DNA of 64,000 bases, taken from positions 2,662,410 to 2,726,409 of the forward strand of contig OZ220473.1 in the NCBI GenBank assembly GCA_965115955.1, read 5' to 3'. Position numbers and translations under genes: made by a program. Of the stretch, positions 19,571-28,586 are shown piece by piece. Below the pieces are notes generated by a model. It worked only from the letters and a program-made list of their open reading frames with translations, ran no database searches and was not told the DNA's origin. Every line of letters starts with the position of its first letter. The stretch's first letter is position 1. The DNA is from Dehalococcoidia bacterium (GTDB lineage: Bacteria > Chloroflexota > Dehalococcoidia > Lucifugimonadales > UBA3495).

Positions 19571-21199
19571 TCATCCGGAGAAGTCGCGGGGCATGGGCTT
19601 GAACATGCAGCCCTCCACGAAAATCTCGAAAAAGTCCGATGCTGTTTCAAGCTCTACGTGATCGATAAGCCGAACCAATTCTTCCGCGCGCTTCCGCATT
19701 TCTCCGGATAGCAACATGATGATTGCGCCTTCCAATGCGGCGTTTCCCACCCGAAAAACACGCTCAACCGGAAAGTCGGCGATGAGGCCTATGCCAATGG
19801 CGTTGGCGATGTTCAGGTAGTTGGCGAACCCGCCGGCAAGATAGACCCGCGAAATCTCGCCCATCGGCAGGCCGTATCTTCGCAGCGTGATAAACTGTCC
19901 GCAGTAGTTTGCAGACTTGGCCTGGGCCAGGGCGCTGATGTCTGTCCGTGAAATGCCCAGCCCCTGTTCCGGCGAGAAAGCGAACTCGCTGGCGCCGTCT
20001 TTGAATGCCCCAAGCTCGTTAATAAGTCCGTTAGCACGAAGCTCATAGAGAAGGTCGACCAGGCCGGAGCCGCAGATACCTTGTGGAGCAGGGTTTCCTA
20101 TGGTAGATATTTCAGCCCTTCCTTCCACGATGCGCACCGATTCCACCGCGCCATCATAGCCAGGCATTCCGTAGGTCACCTGCCCTCCTTCGAAAGCCGG
20201 ACCCGCCAGACAAGACGCGGCGACCATGTCCTTCCGGTTTCCGATGACCACTTCGGTATTGGTGCCCGCGTCTACCAGCATCACCGGTTCTTCCTGTTCG
20301 TCCAATCCGACGGCAATAAGACCAGCGGCGACATCCTACCCCACATGGCAGCCTATAAGCGGCCCGCTGTAGACGCGGGCCCGGGGAAAGACGCGCAGCC
20401 CCATAGCCTGCGCGCTGGAGTCCAGCGCGGTGCCTGGGGCCTCTTTCCATTTGCGTATTCGATCTCTGATATTGGCTTGTATGGCTTGACTCCCACGGTT
20501 TGAACATTGACGCCGAAAGCAATGTCGCGCATCGTAGTGTTGCCAACCGGAACAACATCGTAGATCTGTCTCCGGTGCGCCCCTGCCTGTCGCGTCAGCT
20601 CCCCGATCTCGAAGTTGATGGCGGAAATAATCGCGCGGCGCAGCTCCCCTCGGCATTCTCCGCCGTCATAAGAAATACGGTTCATTATGTCGCTGCCGCC
20701 GAATCGCTGGGGGTTTTCGAAAGACGAGGCGGCTAGAATCCCGCCGCTCTCCAGGTCTGCCAGACTCATCGCGACGGTGGTGGTTCCTATGTCGGCCGCC
20801 AGCCCCAGGATTCTCCCCGTATAGACGTCCGACGGATGCCCCCCGATAGTTACTTCGTCGCCGTCGCGCCGGGCGCAGGGAGCCGGCGTCACTGGCCGGC
20901 GTATTCTCTCGGTAAGGATGCGGGGCTGCCTGCGCAAAACGCTGAAGTCCACTGCCGCAGAAAGGTCGCGGAACCACTGACTGGCATGCCAGGCGGAACC
21001 CTCCCCGGAGGAAATCTTCGGCGGCGGTCTTGGGGGTCAGAGGGTCCATTCCGCCGCGCACTTCTACGATGCATTCGCGGCATTGCCCGGTCCGTCCGCA
21101 GGAAGTCGGGACTCGAACCCGGATTGCATCGGCATAGTCGAACAGGGTACGACCAGAGACCGACGGGATTTCGCGCCCGTTCAGATATACAGGAGGCAT
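19571..21199 (-). pseudogene. disrupted RACo-like corrinoid activase (N-terminal 2Fe-2S ferredoxin + ASKHA/DUF4445)
   Basis: Three track ORFs (20666..21199, 20353..20952, 19571..20305) plus 20336..20656 tile one ~542-codon gene. It starts with ferredoxin 'SCGRTGQCRECIV...FRLACQ', shifts frame near 20975, shifts back near 20440, and carries an in-frame TAG at 20336-20338 inside '...LIGCHVG*DVAAGLIAVGLDEQEEPVMLVDAGTNTE'. Confidence 0.75.
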
Positions 21200-21231
21200 G
21201 AGGTCATTTTAACAAAGGGAAAGGGCGTTAA

Positions 21232-21661
21232 TTAGAAGCCGGCTGAACTCGATTTTGACACGGGTTGAACAGGAGAGCGAAGACCAGTCAGGTTTCCCTG
21301 GCAGAGCGATAGTCCAGATGGTCGCTGCCCAAGCAGGGGTAGAGCTCGCTCCCCGGAACAGCCCTGTCCTGATTGCGACGGCCAAATTGCGCCGTGCATC
21401 GGTTCTGGGCGTTCTTGTAAGTTCTGCATGAACACGCTGGCGCCGAACGAGTTGGTAAGCGCCATATCTGAACCGGCGGCAGAATATTGCCGCGCCATGT
21501 CCCTGACCACTTCGGGGCGGCTGGCGTTGAACTCTTCCGGGCAACCCCCCGGCTCCAGCCCGTGTTGTTGGAGGAAGGTGCCGGTTGCTCCATCGGAAAC
21601 AATCAGGTTGCCGCTGCGCCAGCCGCTCCAACAGGGCTGCCGGGCCGCTGCGGTTGCTCAT
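21232..21661 (-). pseudogene. truncated, frameshifted homocysteine S-methyltransferase-domain gene
   Basis: ATG 21661 gives MSNRSGPAALLERLAQR. After a +1 shift near 21608 the sequence reads NLIVSDGATGTFLQQHGL...PEVVRDMARQYSAAGSDMALTNSFGAS (the Hcy-binding/S-methyltransferase N-terminal pattern). It then degenerates and ends after about 140 codons instead of about 300. Confidence 0.6.
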
Positions 21662-21779
21662 CGGCAGTCAAATGCTCCCATACGTCCGGTTACGGCGCAT
21701 TCTATTCGTTCCGGTAGAGGGCTGCAACAGAGACCTGCTCAGGGTATTCTTTCAACGCAGGAAACCTGCCTGAATGGTA

Positions 21780-21820
21780 GGTTATACCTAGAGAGGTTAT
21801 ACTTGGAAAGGTTGCAAACC
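21780..21820. repeat. 15-bp tandem repeat, about 2.7 copies (GGTTATACCTAGAGA / GGTTATACTTGGAAA / GGTTGCAAACC)
   Basis: Read directly from the sequence, inside an ORF-poor stretch. Confidence 0.9.
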
Positions 21821-22490
21821 GGCTGTTCAGCTTTCGCTTGGCTCCGGCGTGCGTTCACATTACTTCCGGCGTTCTTCATGCTTCCGGGTTCCTCCTTCCG
21901 GGTTCTTATTGACAAGGCCCTTCGGATGAAACTAAGTCGTCGTGTTTCCTCGACAATCTCCAAGGGCGACCACGCTCTCCTTCCGTTCAGACGCATGGCG
22001 CTTTCGTTTTGCTGAAACAGTTTACGGATCGAAGCGCCGGGTTGATTCCTGCCTGTGGTGTTTTCAGTGGCAATCTGAGCTATTCCTTCAATATGCAGAT
22101 ATTCCTGATTTTCTATGCCTATTCGTAAGAAATTGCTCCAGTGTTTCATAAAATTCTTTATCCGTTTGCAGATTCCAAGCGCCAGCCCGGCTGCTGGCAA
22201 TCTCGGCTGCTGGCAATGAGGAGGCATCATATACCCCGTTCCGAACCGGCCGTTCCAGACAAGAGCGGCCCCCCGATGATGATTCCGCCGGAAACGGCTT
22301 TTGCCGCAGCATCCCGTCCGTGGCCTTCCGGCAATCCGCTGTCTCGCTGGTAACCTCAATCACTCCGTCCCGCCATTGCCGCCGTTGAGCAATTCCCGGC
22401 AGCCGTTGGTAGCGAGCCTTCCGTGTGGTTAAATTATGTCCCGAAGAGCAATCCGGCATTTAACTCGCTAATTATGGGAGGCGACCCGCC

Positions 22491-23672
22491 ATGACCAGCT
22501 ATCTCGCGTTTCTTGAATGTACTATTTGCGGTGCGCAGTATCCTGCGGACCGCCTGTCGGGAGTCAGCCCCTGCTGCGGCAAGGTGCTGTATGCCCGCTA
22601 CGACCTTGCCCGCATCCGCGCCGAGGTAGACCGGGACAGAATTCCGGAGCGCCCGTCGACCATGTGGTGTTTCGCCGAGCTGCTGCCGGTGGAAGACCCG
22701 GAAAGCGTCGTCACCCTAGGCGAGGGCGGCACGCCCCTGATAAGGGTGAAGAACCTGGAGCGGATGCTTGGGGTGTCTGGCCTCTATGTGAAAGAGGAAG
22801 GGTTGAATCCCACGGGAACTTTCAAAGCCCGCGGCATAGCAGCCGCCGTTTCCAAGGGGCTTGAGCTGGGCGCCGCAGGCTTCACTATGCCGTCTGCAGG
22901 CAACGCCGCAGGCGCCGCCGCTGCCTACTGCGCCCGCGCCGGGATGTCGGCCAGGGTATTCATGCCCCAGGACGCGCCAGACTCCAACAAGAAAGAGTGC
23001 CTGGTAGCCGGCTCTGAGTTGACCCTGGTTGACGGACTGATTGGCGACGCCGGACGGCAGGCAGTGGCAGTGGCCCAGGAACAGGGGCTCTTCGACCTGT
23101 CAACGCTGAAAGAGCCGTACCGGGCAGAGGGCAAGAAGTCGATGGGGCTGGAGCTGGCTATGCAGTTCGGTTGGCGTATGCCGGAGGCGATTATTTACCC
23201 TGCAGGAGGGGGCACCGGCATCATCGGGATGCACAAGGGGTTCCTGGAGCTGCTGGAGCTGGGCTGGATCGAAGGCAGCCAGCCCAGGTTCATCGCAGTC
23301 CAGGCCGAGGGATGCCAGCCCATCGTCCGGGCATTCAACGAAGGCAGGGAAACGGCAGAACCGTGGCAGAACGCCGCGACCATTGCCGATGGCCTGCGAG
23401 TCCCCGGCCCCTTTGCCGATTACCTGATGCTGAAAGCCATTCGCGATACCGGCGGCACGGCCCTTGCGGTGTCTGACGCCGACATGGTCTCTGCGATGTA
23501 TGAGCTGGCCACGGCCGAGGGTATCTTCGCCTGTCCCGAAGGCGCGGCTACTCTGGTGGCCTACAAGCGGCTGATTGCCGAGGGGTTTCTCCGCAGGGAC
23601 GAGACCACGGTTCTGTTCAACACCGGCTCCGGCTACAAGTATCTGCAACTTATCGAAGGAGAGCGCAACTAG
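22491..23672 (+). CDS. thrC: threonine synthase (PLP-dependent, N-terminal Zn-ribbon type)
   Basis: 393 aa. Contains 'CTICGAQY...CCGKVL', the PLP lysine context 'NPTGTFKARG', and 'GGGTGIIG'. GGGAGG SD before the ATG. Confidence 0.8.
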   Translation: MTSYLAFLECTICGAQYPADRLSGVSPCCGKVLYARYDLARIRAEVDRDRIPERPSTMWCFAELLPVEDPESVVTLGEGGTPLIRVKNLERMLGVSGLYVKEEGLNPTGTFKARGIAAAVSKGLELGAAGFTMPSAGNAAGAAAAYCARAGMSARVFMPQDAPDSNKKECLVAGSELTLVDGLIGDAGRQAVAVAQEQGLFDLSTLKEPYRAEGKKSMGLELAMQFGWRMPEAIIYPAGGGTGIIGMHKGFLELLELGWIEGSQPRFIAVQAEGCQPIVRAFNEGRETAEPWQNAATIADGLRVPGPFADYLMLKAIRDTGGTALAVSDADMVSAMYELATAEGIFACPEGAATLVAYKRLIAEGFLRRDETTVLFNTGSGYKYLQLIEGERN

Positions 23673-23778
23673 AAGAAGTTCCGAAAAGATTCGACAGCCT
23701 CGCCGGATGCGGGTTATCATAGCCGGAAATTCCCGTCAGAAACCTCTGTTCCAATCCAGCCTGATGCAGGAGTGTGCC

Positions 23779-24978
23779 ATGCGTCGCGTTGCCATTGTCT
23801 CACCCGTCCGAACGGCCGTCGGAAACTTCGGCGGCGCCCTTCGGGACGTATCCGCCGCCGATCTGGCCAGCGCCGTAATAAAGGAAACCCTCGACAGGTC
23901 GCAACTGGACCCAGCCAATGTAGACGACGTTATCCTCGGTCACGGCTACCCCAGCGGCGAGAACCCCGCCATAGGGCGTCTGGCGGCTCTTAAGGCCGGC
24001 CTGCCTATTGAGGTGCCGGGCTACCAGTTGGATCGGCGCTGTTCCTCTGGCCTCCAGGCAATCCTGAACGCCAGCATGCTGGTGCAGACCGAAAACGCAG
24101 ACGTGGTCATCGCCGGCGGCGTCGAGAGTATGAGCAACGCTGAGTTCTACAGCAACGAGTCCAGGTGGGGAGCCCGCTTCGGCTCGGTGACTTTCCATGA
24201 CCGGCTGGCCCGGGCGCGCGTGACCATCTCTCCCGACGAGCGTTTCGGCCCCATCCCCGGCGGCATGGTTGAGACGGCGGAGAACCTGGCCCGAGAGTAT
24301 GAAATTGCCCGCCAGGAACAAGACGGATATGCTCTTCGCAGCCACCAGCGCGCCGTCGTCGCCCAGGCCGAAGGCAGGTTCGACAGGGAGATCGTGGCTG
24401 TGCCCGTGCCGCAGCGCCGCGGAGACCCGGTGCCCTTCGAGCGAGACGAAGGCCCTCGCTCCGATACCAACATGGATACCCTGGCTCGCCTGCGTCCCGT
24501 GATGCGGGACGGAACCGTATCGGCCGGAAACGCCAGCAGTCAGAACGACGCTGCCTCGGTTTGCCTGATAGTCGGCGAGGATAAGCTGGAGGAGCTGGGC
24601 CTGTCGCCGATGGCCTTCCTGCGCGGGTGGGCTGTAACCGGCTGCCATCCGGCGACCATGGGTATCGGCCCTGTGCCGGCCGTCAACAAGGTTATGGACA
24701 AGGTGGGCCTGTCGCTGGAGGACATGGACCTGATTGAGCTAAATGAAGCCTTCGCGGCGCAGGTGCTGGCAGTTCTTCGCGAGTGGAAGCTGCCCCATGA
24801 AGACAACCTGAATGTCAATGGCTCGGGCATTTCGCTGGGCCATCCCATTGCGGCCACAGGGGCCCGCATTTTGACCACCCTGCTGCACGAGATGGAGCGT
24901 CGCAACGCCCAGTTCGGCCTCGAGACTATGTGCGTCGGCGGAGGTCAGGGCGTCGCCGCTGTGTTCGAGCGCAGCTAG
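23779..24978 (+). CDS. acetyl-CoA acetyltransferase (thiolase)
   Basis: 399 aa from ATG 23779 (AGGAG 6 nt upstream). Contains 'RRCSSGLQAI', 'NGSGISLGHPIAATG' and 'CVGGGQG'. Confidence 0.9.
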   Translation: MRRVAIVSPVRTAVGNFGGALRDVSAADLASAVIKETLDRSQLDPANVDDVILGHGYPSGENPAIGRLAALKAGLPIEVPGYQLDRRCSSGLQAILNASMLVQTENADVVIAGGVESMSNAEFYSNESRWGARFGSVTFHDRLARARVTISPDERFGPIPGGMVETAENLAREYEIARQEQDGYALRSHQRAVVAQAEGRFDREIVAVPVPQRRGDPVPFERDEGPRSDTNMDTLARLRPVMRDGTVSAGNASSQNDAASVCLIVGEDKLEELGLSPMAFLRGWAVTGCHPATMGIGPVPAVNKVMDKVGLSLEDMDLIELNEAFAAQVLAVLREWKLPHEDNLNVNGSGISLGHPIAATGARILTTLLHEMERRNAQFGLETMCVGGGQGVAAVFERS

Positions 24979-25028
24979 ATTCCGGGTTGTGAGCGCCGGC
25001 CGGCAAATTCCCACACTGGAGAATCATA

Positions 25029-26627
25029 ATGGTAAACAATCAAGACATACCGGATGTCCTTGTAATCGGGGCGGGAGCATCGGGGGCGGCTCTCGTATGG
25101 AGCCTGGCCGAGGCCGGTATCAACGTCCTCTGCCTCGAGCAGGGAGACTGGGTTCCCCGCGATGCTTTCCCTGCGACCAATCCCGACAGCCAGATTCACT
25201 GGCTGACAGACTTCCACCCCGACCCCAGCGTCCGAAAGCTGCCCCAGGACTACCCGGTAAACAGCGAGGCTTCACCCATAGCGCCGTATATGTACAACGC
25301 CGTCGGCGGCAGCACCGTCCATTACGGCTCGCATTATCCGCGTTTCCATCCCTCGGACTTCCGGGTGCGGACGCTGGACGGCGTGGCCGACGACTGGCCG
25401 CTCACATACGACGAGCTTGAACCGTACTTCGACCTGAACGACCGCATAATGGGCGTGTCTGGACTGCGCGGCGACCCGGCCTACCCGCCCAAATCCGAGC
25501 GCCCTTGCCCTCCGCTGTCCATCCGGCCCGGCGGAGAACTGCTGGCCAAGGGCTTCGACAAGCTGGGGTGGCACTGGTGGGCTTCGGACACCGCCATATC
25601 ATCGGTGGAGTACGACGGGCGCGAGCCAGACTCCGGCGGATACCTGCGCTCCCTTGCGAGCACCGACCTGACATACTGGCCCAAAGCGCTGGAACTGGGC
25701 GCGCAATTAAAGACCAACGCCCGCGTTCGCGAAATCCTTGTAGACAGCTCCGGCAAGGCCGCCGGCGCGCTCTACTACGACGCCGACGGCAACCTGGTTG
25801 AGCAGAAAGCCAGGGCGGTTGTCATGGCCTGCAATGGCATCGGCACCCCTCGCCTTCTGCTCAATTCCACGTCTCCTCTTTTCCCTGACGGCCTGGCCAA
25901 CAGCAGCGGGCTGGTTGGCAAGTGCCTGATGCACCACCCAGCAGGAGTGGTGGTAGGAATTTTCGACGAGTGGCTGGGCACCGAGGAAGGAATGCCCCGC
26001 GGCAGCACTATGCTCAGTCAGGAGTTCTATGAGACCGACACCCGCCGGGGTTTCATCCGTGGATACGACCTTCAGATTCTGGCGTTGGGCACATCCCCGC
26101 TCCCCACTGCCCTGGGCGGGCTGCTGGGCGAGCGGATTCCGTGGGGGGCGGAACATCACCGGGCTTTCGACGAGCGTTTCGGCCACACGGTCGGCATCAC
26201 CATAATGACCGAAGACCTGCCAGAGGAACACAACCTGGTTACCCTCGACCCCGATGAGACGGACAGCAACGGTATTCCTGCTGTCAAGGTGGAATACACT
26301 GTCAGCGAGAACACGAACAGGATGCTGGATCACGGTGTAGAGAGGGCCCGGGAAGTGATGGAAGCTGCAGGGGCCAGGAAGATCCTGGCGTCGCGCCTTC
26401 GCCGCAACGCCGGATGGCACCTGCTGGGAACGGCGCGCATGGGGGATAACCCCCGCAATTCCGTAGTTGACCGCTGGGGCCGCTGCCACGACGTGCCTAA
26501 CCTGTTCATCATCGACGGCAGCATCTTCACCACCAGCGCCTGCATCAACCCCACGGCAACCATCCAGGCGCTGGCCCTTCGCACCGCCGATTACCTCAAA
26601 GGTGAGGGGCGCGACTCTATCCGCTAA
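25029..26627 (+). CDS. GMC-family FAD oxidoreductase
   Basis: 532 aa. Contains 'DVLVIGAGASGAALVWSLAEAG' and C-terminal 'GTARMG...VPNLFIIDGSIFTTSACINPT'. Confidence 0.9.
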   Translation: MVNNQDIPDVLVIGAGASGAALVWSLAEAGINVLCLEQGDWVPRDAFPATNPDSQIHWLTDFHPDPSVRKLPQDYPVNSEASPIAPYMYNAVGGSTVHYGSHYPRFHPSDFRVRTLDGVADDWPLTYDELEPYFDLNDRIMGVSGLRGDPAYPPKSERPCPPLSIRPGGELLAKGFDKLGWHWWASDTAISSVEYDGREPDSGGYLRSLASTDLTYWPKALELGAQLKTNARVREILVDSSGKAAGALYYDADGNLVEQKARAVVMACNGIGTPRLLLNSTSPLFPDGLANSSGLVGKCLMHHPAGVVVGIFDEWLGTEEGMPRGSTMLSQEFYETDTRRGFIRGYDLQILALGTSPLPTALGGLLGERIPWGAEHHRAFDERFGHTVGITIMTEDLPEEHNLVTLDPDETDSNGIPAVKVEYTVSENTNRMLDHGVERAREVMEAAGARKILASRLRRNAGWHLLGTARMGDNPRNSVVDRWGRCHDVPNLFIIDGSIFTTSACINPTATIQALALRTADYLKGEGRDSIR

Positions 26628-26645
26628 CATCTGTAGAGGGAACAG

Positions 26646-27020
26646 ATGCCAAGAATAGTGCATTTCGAAATTTACGCCGACGACGTTGACCGCGCCGCGA
26701 AGTTCTATAAGGCGCTGCTCGGCTGGGAGATCAGCAAGTGGGACGGGCCGCCCCAGATGGATTATCGCCTGGCAACGACCGGCAGGGAAGGCCCCGGTAT
26801 CGACGGCGGAATCACCCGCCGACCACCCGGAGGGCCGGCTGGCGTCAACTACGTGGATGTCGAGTCGGTCGAGGAATACGTAGAGAGAGTTGAGGCCGCA
26901 GGAGGCAGGGTAACCCAGCCCAAGACATCCATTCCGGGCGTAGGATACATCGCCATCTGTCAAGACACCGAAGGCAATCCGTTAGGCTTCTATCAGCACG
27001 ACGAAACCGCATCATACTGA
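26646..27020 (+). CDS. VOC (glyoxalase/bleomycin-resistance) family protein
   Basis: 124 aa. 'IVHFEIYADDVDRAAKFYKALLGWE...GYIAICQDTEGNPLGF'. Confidence 0.85.
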   Translation: MPRIVHFEIYADDVDRAAKFYKALLGWEISKWDGPPQMDYRLATTGREGPGIDGGITRRPPGGPAGVNYVDVESVEEYVERVEAAGGRVTQPKTSIPGVGYIAICQDTEGNPLGFYQHDETASY

Positions 27021-27030
27021 ATCATACTGA
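27011..27030. repeat. perfect 10-bp tandem duplication (ATCATACTGA x2) including a stop codon
   Basis: The first copy contains the VOC gene's TGA (27018-27020). Confidence 0.95.
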
Positions 27031-27044
27031 CCGCAGCCCCATGG

Positions 27045-27079
27045 AAGCCCGCCCGTTGACACCCAATTAGGGCGGGCTT
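27045..27079 (+). terminator. terminator-like hairpin (AAGCCCGCCC ... GGGCGGGCTT)
   Basis: 10-bp perfect stem with a 15-nt loop, 25 nt after the VOC stop. No clear T-run follows. Confidence 0.4.
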
Positions 27080-27149
27080 ACGATTACCCTGCCCGCCGCC
27101 TGCGTAAACCTGAGCGGCCAGGCAAAATCCGCAGCGAAAGGATGTTAAG

Positions 27150-28094
27150 ATGCCAGAAGTGTACGGCGAAGGCGATTTTCGATACGAGTTCGTTGAGAAC
27201 TGGGCCAAGCTGCCCGAAGGAGTGAATTTCCAGGAATGCCCCGGGGTTGCCTGCGATTCCAACGACAACGTGTTCGTGCTGACCCGCGGCAGGAACCCCA
27301 TTATGGTTTTCGACCGCGACGGGAACTATATGCGTTCCTTCGGCGAAGGGCTGTTCAGCGACAACCGCACTCACGGGCTGTACATCGGCCACGACGACTC
27401 GCTGCTGGCCGCCGACGACGGGATTCACACTATCCAGAAGTTCAGCTCCAACGGCGAGAAGGTTTGGGAACTGGGCGAGCGCAACAACCCGGCCGAACGC
27501 TGGAGCGGCAAGCCGTTCAACCGCCCCACTTCCGCCGCAACCAGACCCAGCAATGGCGACATCTACGTCTCCGACGGCTATGGCAACTCCCGCGTCCATG
27601 TTTACAGCAGCCAGTTGGAGCACAGATTCTCCTGGGGCGAGCCGGGAATTGACGCCGGCCAGTTCATCCGCCCCCACAACATCGCCTTCGACAGCAATGA
27701 TCGGGTCTACGTGGTTGACCGCGAGTGCCACCGTATCCAGATATTCGACGCCGAAGGCAACTTCATCACCATGTGGAACAACATCCACCGGCCCGACTCC
27801 ATGGTGCTGTGGGGCGAGCACATCTACGTCGGCGAGCTGAACGGCATGGGCGGGGTCGACGACGCCCCCGGCCTGGGCCATCGCGTCAGCATCTACGACC
27901 TGGACGGTAATCGGGTCTGCATATTCGGCTCCAAAGATGAAGGTGAAGGTCCCGGTCAGTTCATCGCCCCCCACGGTATCGCCGTAGACTCGCGCGGCGA
28001 TATCTACGTGGCCGAGGTTTCCTACACTATCCGCGGCCAGCACATGAACCCGCCCCGCGAACTCCGCTCGCTGTCCAAGTACCGCCGGGTATAG
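27150..28094 (+). CDS. NHL-repeat beta-propeller protein (peptidylamidoglycolate-lyase-like)
   Basis: 314 aa. Repeated 'G..FNRP/FIRPHNIAFDS...YV.D..N.RIQ.F' NHL-type blades. Confidence 0.8.
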   Translation: MPEVYGEGDFRYEFVENWAKLPEGVNFQECPGVACDSNDNVFVLTRGRNPIMVFDRDGNYMRSFGEGLFSDNRTHGLYIGHDDSLLAADDGIHTIQKFSSNGEKVWELGERNNPAERWSGKPFNRPTSAATRPSNGDIYVSDGYGNSRVHVYSSQLEHRFSWGEPGIDAGQFIRPHNIAFDSNDRVYVVDRECHRIQIFDAEGNFITMWNNIHRPDSMVLWGEHIYVGELNGMGGVDDAPGLGHRVSIYDLDGNRVCIFGSKDEGEGPGQFIAPHGIAVDSRGDIYVAEVSYTIRGQHMNPPRELRSLSKYRRV

Positions 28095-28173
28095 CTCCAC
28101 CACTGATAAGGGTAACGGCGCGGCGCGGCCGTGTCGCGCCGGCATATTCTATAAACCCCAACAAGGAAAAGAC

Positions 28174-28575
28174 GTGGTAACTTACGAAGTTTTTTTCGGA
28201 GCCTCATCGTCGTTCCTGGTGGTAGGAGTTGGAGCCTTCCTCTGGATACTGTCTGAATTCCGGGCAATGCGCCGTGAATTTCGGGAAGAAAACCAGCGGA
28301 CGCGGGAAGAGCTTCGCGAAGAAAATCAGCGGATGCGGGAAGAGTTTCGGGAAGAAAACCAGCGGATGCGGGAAGAGTTTCGGGAAGAAAACCAGCGGAT
28401 GCGGGAAGAGTTTCGGGAAGAAAACCAGCGGACTCGGGAGGAACTGCGCGAAGAAATCCGCGCAAATGCACAGCGAATATTGGAAGCCCTTTACTTCCAC
28501 CGCCATGACACCGACACTGGCGAGGCGGTCTTCTACCCGCCCACATCCACAACACCGGCGCCGCAAGCGGATTAA
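28174..28575 (+). CDS. membrane-anchored protein with six 11-residue charged repeats (REEFREENQRM)
   Basis: 133 aa with a GTG start. One TM helix (FFGASSSFLVVGVGAFLWIL), then the repeat array, then the tail 'ILEALYFHRHDTDTGEAVFYPP'. The repeats are in-frame multiples of 33 bp. Confidence 0.6.
   Translation: MVTYEVFFGASSSFLVVGVGAFLWILSEFRAMRREFREENQRTREELREENQRMREEFREENQRMREEFREENQRMREEFREENQRTREELREEIRANAQRILEALYFHRHDTDTGEAVFYPPTSTTPAPQAD
28270..28467 (+). repeat. 33-bp tandem repeat x6 (coding)
   Basis: Units start at 28270, 28303, 28336, 28369, 28402 and 28435. Units 3 and 4 are identical and unit 5 differs by 2 nt. Consensus CGGGAAGAGTTTCGGGAAGAAAACCAGCGGATG. Confidence 0.95.
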
Positions 28576-28586
28576 GGAGCGATGCT

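Noticed and set aside
20336-20338. In-frame TAG in the RACo-like gene as a pyrrolysine codon
   Set aside because: The same gene also has two frameshifts. Pyl is known from methylamine methyltransferases, not activases. The TAG replaces a small residue of the VG(A/G)D motif. No pyl genes are seen. A nonsense mutation in a pseudogene is the simpler explanation.
25707-28145. 418-aa and 353-aa minus-strand ORFs opposite the GMC, VOC and NHL genes
   Set aside because: Antisense shadows of confidently identified plus-strand genes, with Val/Gly/Ala/Arg-biased junk composition.
28270-28467. Possible CRISPR array (regular 33-bp repeats)
   Set aside because: The units are contiguous with no spacers and are in frame within an ORF. 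No cas genes are present in the window.
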